Positions 12,418 through 19,984 of a stretch of 64,000 nucleotides of DNA are shown in pieces. The stretch comes from Flavobacteriales bacterium (GTDB lineage Bacteria > Bacteroidota > Bacteroidia > Flavobacteriales_G > JALEGO01). The DNA is taken from contig JAHDEG010000007.1 of assembly GCA_020628935.1 (NCBI GenBank), forward strand, positions 47,878-111,877. Reading direction: 5' to 3'. Below the pieces are notes generated by a model. The model worked only from the letters and a program-made list of their open reading frames with translations, was not told where the DNA came from and ran no database searches. Made by a program: the position numbers and the translations under genes. How positions within the stretch are numbered: the first letter of the stretch is position 1; each line of letters begins with the position of its first letter.

Positions 12418-12951
12418 ATGCAACTTTCTTTCTTTAAGAATCCGGCTGTAAGGTTTGTATTCAACTGTTTCGCACTTTATGTGCTTTGGTACGGTTTATA
12501 TGAAATTTGGTTACATCCTACAAGAATTTTAGATCGTCCGGTTGTTAATAGCATCGTATTTTTAAGCGAAAAATTTCTTAGTAGCATTGGTTATCAAATG
12601 GTAGACTTCGGAAGAATTGATTCTAGCATTAGCGCTATAGGAATAGATACTACTCACGGAGTGCAAATTGGAGACCCATGTAACGGAATTGCTATTTTTG
12701 CGCTCTTTGCTGGCTTTATAATCGCCTTTCCTGGAAAATGGGTAAGAAAACTATATTATATACCATTTGGTATTTCAATAATTTACACCGCTAACTTAAT
12801 AAGAATAATTGTTTTGTGCTTAATCGCTTATTACGCCCCAGAACAACTTGAATTTAATCATAATTACACGTTTACCACATTGGTTTACTCTGTAGTAATA
12901 CTACTATGGTATTACTGGATTAAAAAATTATCTAGTTTTAATAACACATGA
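12418..12951 (+). CDS. xrtF: Exosortase family protein, XrtF-like
   Basis: The 177-aa polytopic membrane protein has the exosortase signature residues in the expected order: DPCNGI (Cys), ANLIRI (Arg) and EFNHN (His). Its size and context match the Bacteroidota XrtF type. Confidence 0.7.
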   Translation: MQLSFFKNPAVRFVFNCFALYVLWYGLYEIWLHPTRILDRPVVNSIVFLSEKFLSSIGYQMVDFGRIDSSISAIGIDTTHGVQIGDPCNGIAIFALFAGFIIAFPGKWVRKLYYIPFGISIIYTANLIRIIVLCLIAYYAPEQLEFNHNYTFTTLVYSVVILLWYYWIKKLSSFNNT

Positions 12952-13484
12952 AAACAATTCACAAACTCGTTGTTTTTCTCTGTGGGGTACTATTAGTAAC
13001 ATTAGGTTTTTTTAGAGATTTCTTTTTTAAGACACTTAATGTACGCTTAAGCTACTTGTGGTACAAAGATGAAATATACTACCAAAAAGCAGGAGAACAG
13101 CTTTTTGGTAGTATGGATTACTATACCCTATATTACAGTAAATTTGGCTTCACAATAGTATGCAGTCTCATATATATGCTACTCACTATTATTATTACTT
13201 ACGTAATATTCAAAAAAACAAAGTTCATTAAATATATTTTATTGGCATATATCTTTATAATAGTAGCGTCTGCAATAATTTTTTTGAGCGGATATATTGT
13301 TGAATTGTTTTATGACCCAAGTGAACTAAAATATTTAAAGCAAATTACTAAATCTCCTTTACAAAGGCTGTACCTTCTTTCGCGATATATTATGGGGTTT
13401 GTACAATCCCCTATTTTGTCGGCAATATTAATTTTATCACTTTTTCTTTATAAGACTCCAGGCATGAAAGATCTTCCTTCTTAA
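12948..13484 (+). CDS. Exosortase F system-associated membrane protein (putative)
   Basis: The start overlaps the xrtF stop (ATGA). The 178-aa product has about 4 TM segments and is positioned as the invariant XrtF partner gene. The C-terminal region RYIMGFVQSPILSAILILSLFLY resembles that family. Confidence 0.55.
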   Translation: MKTIHKLVVFLCGVLLVTLGFFRDFFFKTLNVRLSYLWYKDEIYYQKAGEQLFGSMDYYTLYYSKFGFTIVCSLIYMLLTIIITYVIFKKTKFIKYILLAYIFIIVASAIIFLSGYIVELFYDPSELKYLKQITKSPLQRLYLLSRYIMGFVQSPILSAILILSLFLYKTPGMKDLPS

Positions 13485-14289
13485 AAAAAGCGAAGTATGT
13501 TGCAACAACGAAAATTGCAAAATCAGGTATCCCTACAACAATTAAGATAAACAAGTGAAAAAGAATACCTGCAAAAAGAAGTGGTTTCTTCAGCTGCTTA
13601 ACCCAAACTAAAATGGGGAACAACAATTGGTAAGCTAGAGCAAAGTATGTTCCAATAACAGTTATAACCTTAGAACTTAGTAAAAACGAAGCAAAAAAAG
13701 GAGTTGAATAAGTAGGATCAAGCAAAATAGCTTCTAATGCATTTCCAGAACCCCAATACTCACCAGAAAGCTTAAACCATCCAGAAAATAAATACATAAA
13801 AACAACCTGAAAGCGAATAGCCCAAAACATAAAGTTACTTATGAGTAGTGAGTATTCACTATTATTTTTTTTTATCGTTAAAAATATATTGAAAAATAAA
13901 ACCAGTAACATCAAAAAGCTTCCTCCAGTTGTAGCAGCATTAATTTTATTAAACAGAATAAATGTTAAAATATAAATCAATAAGGCAATAGACCTTGAGT
14001 ATTTGCTAGTAAAAACTCCTAATACTAATAGTGTTAAATAAAGTACTAAGTATAAAATTGTTTGAAAATCGGATGTAAAAAGTAATAAATTTAAAGCCTT
14101 AGAAACATAACTGGTAGGCATCACTCCTTGATAAGCATATGAATGATCAGATAATAAAATACCAAAAGAAGGAAGTATAAATAACAAATTAATTACTAGT
14201 GATATATATAATGCCTTCCTTAAAGCATTAATTTCCCACACATACCTATTTATGGAAACAAATCTTAAAACCTTATCAACTAAATACAT
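13411..14289 (-). CDS. HTTM-domain / SdpB-like polytopic membrane protein
   Basis: The 292-aa multi-TM protein carries RFQVVFMYLFSGWFKLSGEYWGSGNALEAIL, an HTTM-like motif (Q..Y..G..K.....W..G.A). It is paired with an SdpA/DUF5819-like gene that overlaps it by 10 bp. Confidence 0.5.
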   Translation of the reverse strand: MYLVDKVLRFVSINRYVWEINALRKALYISLVINLLFILPSFGILLSDHSYAYQGVMPTSYVSKALNLLLFTSDFQTILYLVLYLTLLVLGVFTSKYSRSIALLIYILTFILFNKINAATTGGSFLMLLVLFFNIFLTIKKNNSEYSLLISNFMFWAIRFQVVFMYLFSGWFKLSGEYWGSGNALEAILLDPTYSTPFFASFLLSSKVITVIGTYFALAYQLLFPILVWVKQLKKPLLFAGILFHLFILIVVGIPDFAIFVVATYFAFFKKEDLSCLESYKEKVIKLILPTK

Positions 14290-14897
14290 TTTTTTAGTGG
14301 CTTTAAGACAAAGTCATTTTCATAAACTTTTTTTTCAGGTAAATATTGCATTTGAGAAAATGTATTTAGCTGACAAGCTGGGTAGAGTTTTAACATACAT
14401 ATTTTAGATGTATCAACTATATTACCGTCATTTAACTTTTTAAGAGAATAGGAAACAGCCATCTTATAAGTATTAGAGGCTGAAACTATAGAATCAGCAT
14501 AACTTTTAGCGTATCCTAATGCATTATAACTCCTGTACATATTATCTAAATTTCTACTAAACTGAAGATGGATACGGTACTCAAAACCTGCTGATGATAA
14601 TCTATTCATATGATGGGTTCTAAGTAAATGAGATCCCAAATCAACATAAATAAATGAATCGCTATCTAAGAGTTTATATCCGCATAAAAACTGCTCTTGG
14701 CACAAAGGAGGTTCAGGAGCAAATAATCGCCAATCTTGGTGAAAGAATGGTCGCATATACCGTCCAACAATTCTATTTAAAAAATCTGGAGTGTAAATAC
14801 CTTGTGTGCAATAAATTACTGAAAAACTGAAGTGCATTATTATAAACGAACTAACAACAATTAAGAGCAGAATTAACTTATTTCGATTTTTTTTCAA
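14280..14897 (-). CDS. DUF5819 / SdpA-like protein (N-terminal membrane anchor)
   Basis: The 205-aa product has one N-terminal TM segment and the motif FFHQDWRLFAPEPP, typical of partners of SdpB/HTTM proteins. It is translationally coupled to the downstream HTTM gene. Confidence 0.45.
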   Translation of the reverse strand: MKKNRNKLILLLIVVSSFIIMHFSFSVIYCTQGIYTPDFLNRIVGRYMRPFFHQDWRLFAPEPPLCQEQFLCGYKLLDSDSFIYVDLGSHLLRTHHMNRLSSAGFEYRIHLQFSRNLDNMYRSYNALGYAKSYADSIVSASNTYKMAVSYSLKKLNDGNIVDTSKICMLKLYPACQLNTFSQMQYLPEKKVYENDFVLKPLKKCI

Positions 14898-14971
14898 GTA
14901 ATTTTATTTGCAATAATAAATACAAAGGTATTGAGAATGAATTAATGTATACTTTTAAGGCGTAAATAAAC

Positions 14972-16375
14972 ATGAAAATTACATATCCGATAATTTTATT
15001 TGCTGTTAACCTAGTAATAATGAGCCTAGAGCTAGTTGGAATTCGTATTCTAGCTCCGTTTTTCGGCACTTCATCTATTGTGTGGACAAGCATGATATCT
15101 ACCATATTTTGCAGCCTTACATTTGGTTATTTTTTGGGAGGATATATTTCAGAAAAATTTGAAAAAAATCAACAAAAAGCTCTACAAGCTACACTATTTT
15201 TTAGTTCAATTAGCTTGGCTATTATTGCTATTACCAAAGACCACCTTCTCTATTTTTCATCTAGCTTAACTGAAAATAATGAACTAAATGCTATAATAGC
15301 ATCAAGCAGTTTATTTTTAATACCCTCTACCCTACTATCAATAGCGCCAGTAATTATTGGCAAAATAATGCTAACAAAAACCAAAAAAAACGGCAGTAAA
15401 TTAAGTCAGATTTTCGCCATTTCTTCTTTAGGAGGAGTTGCGGGCTTGTGGTTAACAACCTTTATTTTCATACCGCACATTGGCAGTAATAAAATTCTGT
15501 TTTTTCTTTCCTCCATCGTAATTATAAGCTTCACTATACTCATATCTAAATACTCATTTAAAGGTTTGTCAATATTATTTGGTATTTACATGCTTACTGT
15601 TTCATTTAAAAAAGCAGAACATAATTACATAGACAAGGATAGTTTATACAATCGCATTCTAGTTTATGAAGATAATTTTGAAGGAAAAAAACTTAAAATA
15701 ATGCAATTAAACAATCGCATTAACGCAGCTATTGATGTAGCAAATCCTTATAAACCATATTACGGTTACAACATTAAAATATTAGACTTGGTAAAAAACA
15801 AAGAACAAAAACAAAATATATTAATATTAGGAGGAGCTGCACTAACTTTAAGCAATAGTATAGCTCAATTAACTGATGTTAATACTATTGATGTTTTAGA
15901 AATTGACAAACAATTAACTCACTTAGCCAATACACACTTTTTTAAGACAAACAATAAAATAAATGTGATAAATACAGAAGCAAGAAGCTATCTCAACAAA
16001 GTTGATACATCAAAAAAGTATGATGTAATTATTTGGGATGTTTTCACTAGCGAAAACAATATTCCTGATCACTTAACAACCAAACAGACAGCTAAAATAT
16101 TGAACAGAATTACAAATTCAGATGGAGACTTATACATGAACATACTTTCTCCATTAGATTATGAAAAAGGAGGCTTTTTATACTCTGAAATTAAAACCTT
16201 TAGATCAATTTTTACAAATAATGACATACACCCAGTTTCAAGCATAACTGATTCTAACATCACACAAAACATTATACTGCAGTTTAACAATAAGGCAAAC
16301 ACTCCTTTAAGAAAAAAAATTACTCAAAGAGGAATAATTATTACAGATGATTATTGTCCATTTTCTTATAAGTAA
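14972..16375 (+). CDS. Fused membrane (MFS-like)/spermidine-synthase-like protein
   Basis: The N-terminal motif SLELVGIRILAPFFGTSSIVWTSMISTIFCSLTFGYFLGGY is characteristic of this fusion family. The N-terminus has about 7 TM segments. The C-terminus has a Rossmann-like region (ILILGGAALTL ... DVIIWDVF). Confidence 0.6.
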   Translation: MKITYPIILFAVNLVIMSLELVGIRILAPFFGTSSIVWTSMISTIFCSLTFGYFLGGYISEKFEKNQQKALQATLFFSSISLAIIAITKDHLLYFSSSLTENNELNAIIASSSLFLIPSTLLSIAPVIIGKIMLTKTKKNGSKLSQIFAISSLGGVAGLWLTTFIFIPHIGSNKILFFLSSIVIISFTILISKYSFKGLSILFGIYMLTVSFKKAEHNYIDKDSLYNRILVYEDNFEGKKLKIMQLNNRINAAIDVANPYKPYYGYNIKILDLVKNKEQKQNILILGGAALTLSNSIAQLTDVNTIDVLEIDKQLTHLANTHFFKTNNKINVINTEARSYLNKVDTSKKYDVIIWDVFTSENNIPDHLTTKQTAKILNRITNSDGDLYMNILSPLDYEKGGFLYSEIKTFRSIFTNNDIHPVSSITDSNITQNIILQFNNKANTPLRKKITQRGIIITDDYCPFSYK

Positions 16376-16425
16376 GACAAATAAAAACGACATAAATTAA
16401 CCATATTTGTAGTTAAATTGCTAAC

Positions 16426-17316
16426 ATGGCTAAAAAGGTATTATTTGTTTTAATACAAATCGTTTTTATGGGGTTATTGACCTTTTTAGGTTACAAAACA
16501 TTGTTCCCAATTGAAACAATGGAAGCAGGTCTTTATAAGCATTCTTTTTCTAGCTGGTATGTATCGCCAATACTAGCACGAATTACAATTGGCTTACTCG
16601 TAATAGCTGGTATTCTGAATTTTATACACATAAAAAATAAACTGTGGAATGTAATCGTGTTTGCACTTGTGTGCCTAGTTTGTGTTGACGCTTTTTTTTT
16701 AGAACGTATCTCTTTTTCACAAGCAATTTTTAAATATCCCTTTGAAAAAACCATGTTTACAACAGCTACTTTAATCAGCTACTTGTTGTCAAATTATTTT
16801 AAACCTAAATCTTGGGGAGTTAACAGTAAAACTAAATACCTAATATACTTTGCTGGCCTTCTTATTATTATTCCTTTTATACTTAACCCAGTTTATCCCT
16901 CAAACTTTAATGGCTTATTTGCTTTAGAAAGAGATACTCAGCAGGCTTTAAATAAATTTGAAATAGAAAAACCTGCTTTTTTTAACAAAGCAGAAAATGA
17001 ACTAGTTTGCTTTTATAGTGTTACATGCTTTTATTGCAAAGTCGCTGCTGTAAAGCTTCATCAAACTAAGTTGGCTGATAAAAACTTCCCCAATACTAAA
17101 GTTATTTTTTGGGGAGACTCTGCAAGGGCTGAACGTTTTTTAGATATAACAAACACAAGCTTTAATTACGAACTTACAAAAGATGGAAAAATCTTTAAAG
17201 AATTAGCAGGGCCGTCATTTCCGCATTTTAAGTGGGTTGAAAAAGGTGAAATTAAAGCAGACTGGACTGGAGGAGATTTTAATTACGGTGTACTTGAAAA
17301 ACTAAAAAACAAATGA
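16426..17316 (+). CDS. Membrane protein with a C-terminal thioredoxin-like domain (CxxC)
   Basis: It has about 5 N-terminal TM segments. A soluble C-terminal part follows, containing VCFYSVTCFYCK (CFYC redox-type motif). The family is not recognised with certainty. Confidence 0.35.
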   Translation: MAKKVLFVLIQIVFMGLLTFLGYKTLFPIETMEAGLYKHSFSSWYVSPILARITIGLLVIAGILNFIHIKNKLWNVIVFALVCLVCVDAFFLERISFSQAIFKYPFEKTMFTTATLISYLLSNYFKPKSWGVNSKTKYLIYFAGLLIIIPFILNPVYPSNFNGLFALERDTQQALNKFEIEKPAFFNKAENELVCFYSVTCFYCKVAAVKLHQTKLADKNFPNTKVIFWGDSARAERFLDITNTSFNYELTKDGKIFKELAGPSFPHFKWVEKGEIKADWTGGDFNYGVLEKLKNK

Positions 17317-18356
17317 GCAAAGAAGAAAAAAGAACTGAATTGTCTGATCTTGGCGAATTTGGCCTAATTAAAGAAATAGCCGAAACAGTATCAAACAGCA
17401 ATAAAAAAACCGTTAAAGGTATAGGTGACGATGCCGCAGTTATTAGTGGAAGTAAAAAAAATACCCTACTGAGCACCGATATGTTGGTTGAAGGCATACA
17501 TTTTAATTTAGCTTATTGTCCATTAAAGCATTTGGGGTATAAAGCAGTGGCTGTCAACTTATCAGATATATATGCAATGAATGCAATTCCTTCACACATA
17601 ACAGTCTCTATGGCATTATCTAATCGTTTTTCACTTGAGGCCATAAAAGAGCTTTATGAAGGTATAAACCTTGCATGTGAAACATACGGAGTTGATTTAG
17701 TAGGTGGTGACACTACATCGTCTCCTACAGGCTTAATTATTAGCATTACTGCTGTTGGCGAAAGTAATAATGAAACAGTTTACAGAAACGGAGCTAAAGA
17801 ATATGACTTACTTTGTGTTAGCGGAGATTTAGGAGGAGCTTACGTTGGTTTACAAATACTTGAGCGAGAACACACTGTTTTTAAAGGAAACGATCAAGCA
17901 CAGCCAGAATTAAGTCAATATCCTTATGTATTAGAGAGACAACTAAAACCTGAACCTAGAAAAGACATTATAGAATTTTTCAATAAAGAGAATATTCTGC
18001 CCTCATCAATGATTGATATTTCTGACGGGCTTGCCTCTGAAATACTTCATATATGCGAACAGTCGCAAGTTGGTTGTACAATTTACGAAGAGCGACTACC
18101 CATTGATCAAGAAACATATAAAACAGCTGAAGAGTTGAACCTGTCTCCAACTATTTGTGCTTTAAATGGTGGAGAAGATTATGAATTACTATTCACTATG
18201 TCGCTAAAAGAATATGACAAAATAAAAGACTATAATGGAATCACTATTATTGGTCATATTACAGATAAGAATTCTGGAGCTAATATGGTATCGTCAGGTG
18301 AAACTGTAATACCAATAACTGCTCAAGGTTGGGATGCTCTTTTAAGGAAAGACTAA
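17313..18356 (+). CDS. thiL: Thiamine-monophosphate kinase
   Basis: The sequence LGEFGLIKEI...GIGDDAAVI...DMLVEGIHF...GYKAVAVNLSDIYAM...GGD is the classic ThiL/AIR-synthase-related pattern. The start overlaps the upstream stop (ATGA). Confidence 0.9.
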   Translation: MSKEEKRTELSDLGEFGLIKEIAETVSNSNKKTVKGIGDDAAVISGSKKNTLLSTDMLVEGIHFNLAYCPLKHLGYKAVAVNLSDIYAMNAIPSHITVSMALSNRFSLEAIKELYEGINLACETYGVDLVGGDTTSSPTGLIISITAVGESNNETVYRNGAKEYDLLCVSGDLGGAYVGLQILEREHTVFKGNDQAQPELSQYPYVLERQLKPEPRKDIIEFFNKENILPSSMIDISDGLASEILHICEQSQVGCTIYEERLPIDQETYKTAEELNLSPTICALNGGEDYELLFTMSLKEYDKIKDYNGITIIGHITDKNSGANMVSSGETVIPITAQGWDALLRKD

Positions 18357-18413
18357 AATTGATTTGTTAGAAGAATTGTTATTTATATATTAACGTTAAT
18401 AAAACTATAAAAC

Positions 18414-18929
18414 ATGTTATCACAAAAAATAGAAAAAGCACTGAACGAGCAAATTAAAATTGAAGCTGAATCATCTCAGTTCTATTTAGCTATGGCTTCA
18501 TGGGCCGAAGGAAAAGGTTTAGAGGGTGTATCTCAGTTTTTATACCAACATTCTGACGAAGAAAGAATGCATATGTTAAAGCTCTTTAAATTTGTAAATG
18601 AAAGAGGCGGACAAGCAATTGTATCTGATTTAAAGGCTCCTTCAACTAATTTTGAAGATGTAAAAGAAGTTTTCTCTAAATTATTAAGCCATGAAACTAT
18701 GGTTACAAATGAAATAAATAAATTGATTTTTTTGTGTTTAGAAGAAAAAGATTACACAACTCATAATTTCTTACAATGGTATGTTTCTGAACAAATTGAA
18801 GAAGAAGCTCTAGCTCGTACCATTTTAGATAAATTAAACCTATTAGGAACTGTAGATGGTGGCTTATATATGTTTGATAAAGACATTTTAAATATCTCTG
18901 TAACAAATAGCGGCAGCACATTAGCCTAA
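18414..18929 (+). CDS. ftnA: Non-heme ferritin
   Basis: The sequence LNEQIKIEAESSQFYLAMASWAEGKGLEGVSQFLYQHSDEERMHMLKLFKFVNERGG carries ferritin ferroxidase-centre residues (E..E..H, E). Confidence 0.9.
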   Translation: MLSQKIEKALNEQIKIEAESSQFYLAMASWAEGKGLEGVSQFLYQHSDEERMHMLKLFKFVNERGGQAIVSDLKAPSTNFEDVKEVFSKLLSHETMVTNEINKLIFLCLEEKDYTTHNFLQWYVSEQIEEEALARTILDKLNLLGTVDGGLYMFDKDILNISVTNSGSTLA

Positions 18930-18943
18930 TGTTATACAAACTC

Positions 18944-18984
18944 AAAAAAAATCTAAGACAATTTTATTGTCTTAGATTTTTTTA
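18944..18984. terminator. Bidirectional rho-independent terminator between convergent ferritin and acyltransferase genes
   Basis: A 10-bp perfect stem (atctaagaca / tgtcttagat) with a 7-nt loop is flanked by an A-run on the left and a T-run on the right. It overlaps the last codons of the minus-strand acyltransferase ORF. Confidence 0.7.
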
Positions 18985-19972
18985 AAAAAGGCTTTTCAAC
19001 AATTATATAAAACAATTGAGCAAAAGTTAAGCTAAGCACTACATACACAATAAACACCAACAGTTTACCAATAGCTGTATCATGAAAGTGTAATAACCCC
19101 AACTTCTTCATGAACATATCTAACACTATAATTAATAAGAAATGTGTTATATATAAGCTGTAAGATATTCTAGCTAAAAAATTAGTGACCTTATAATTCA
19201 AATTTCCTCCAAAATAAATCACCATAAAAGCTATAATAGCTGCTACTGTTTCCAATAAAGTTCTATTTATGTAACATGCTAAAATGCTTACTAAGGTAAT
19301 TATCCAAAAGTAATTATGGGTAATAAGTTCTTCCTTCCTCAAAAAAAGACCTATTCCTAGTGTAAAAAATCCTGCATAAATAAATATTTGTGCAACACTA
19401 AAATATCCGAGTATATAAATTATTAGCATACCAGCTAATATCAACCTTATTGAACTCCTTAATACTATAGGGAATAAAAAACCAATTAATAAATAAAACT
19501 GCCACTCTACTTCAAGGCTCCAAAACGGAAGAACAAACCATGAGCCCTCAGTTAATGAAACACAAAAGCCAATGTTAGAAAAGGTATTTATAAAATTAGG
19601 CTCAACTAATCCATCCACATAATTACCATTAACAAACTTAACCGTAAACTGAAAAATACAATAAAGCAAAATAACTGCATATGCCGGAGGAGCAATTCTA
19701 AGAAAACGTTTCCACAAATTATTGAAAAACAAGGATAACTGATAGTTATGCTTATATAAAGAATATGGTATTACAAAACCTGATATTACAAAGAAAACCT
19801 GCACACCGTATTTTCCATAAAAGAAAACATCATATAGGTAATTAAGTTTTACCTCAGGGAGTGTAGAGCTACTACAGTGTAAGAGAGTGACGGCAAATGC
19901 CGCTATCCCTCTTAAAAAATCGATATTTGTGAAACGTTTTTTTAAACTGTCGTTTTTACTGTCAAAAGTCAA
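18953..19972 (-). CDS. Acyltransferase family 3 membrane protein
   Basis: The N-terminal IDFLRGIAAFAVTLLHC, followed by FFVISGFVI and about 10 TM segments, is typical of the acyltransferase_3 family. Confidence 0.8.
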   Translation of the reverse strand: MTFDSKNDSLKKRFTNIDFLRGIAAFAVTLLHCSSSTLPEVKLNYLYDVFFYGKYGVQVFFVISGFVIPYSLYKHNYQLSLFFNNLWKRFLRIAPPAYAVILLYCIFQFTVKFVNGNYVDGLVEPNFINTFSNIGFCVSLTEGSWFVLPFWSLEVEWQFYLLIGFLFPIVLRSSIRLILAGMLIIYILGYFSVAQIFIYAGFFTLGIGLFLRKEELITHNYFWIITLVSILACYINRTLLETVAAIIAFMVIYFGGNLNYKVTNFLARISYSLYITHFLLIIVLDMFMKKLGLLHFHDTAIGKLLVFIVYVVLSLTFAQLFYIIVEKPFLKKSKTIKLS

Positions 19973-19984
19973 TCGTAATGGCTT

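Noticed and set aside
12204-12464. 86-aa minus-strand ORF overlapping the small PID-tail gene and the xrtF start
   Set aside because: It is the mirror of a Pro/Gly/Ala-rich coding stretch (it reads GGGQQGGVAPPAGGAGGA). The + strand ORF has a signal peptide, a sorting tail, a promoter box and operon coupling, which this ORF lacks.
14878-15105. 75-aa minus-strand ORF spanning the divergent promoter region and the start of the spermidine-synthase-like gene
   Set aside because: It overlaps the well-supported N-terminal signature of the + strand gene and has no motif support.
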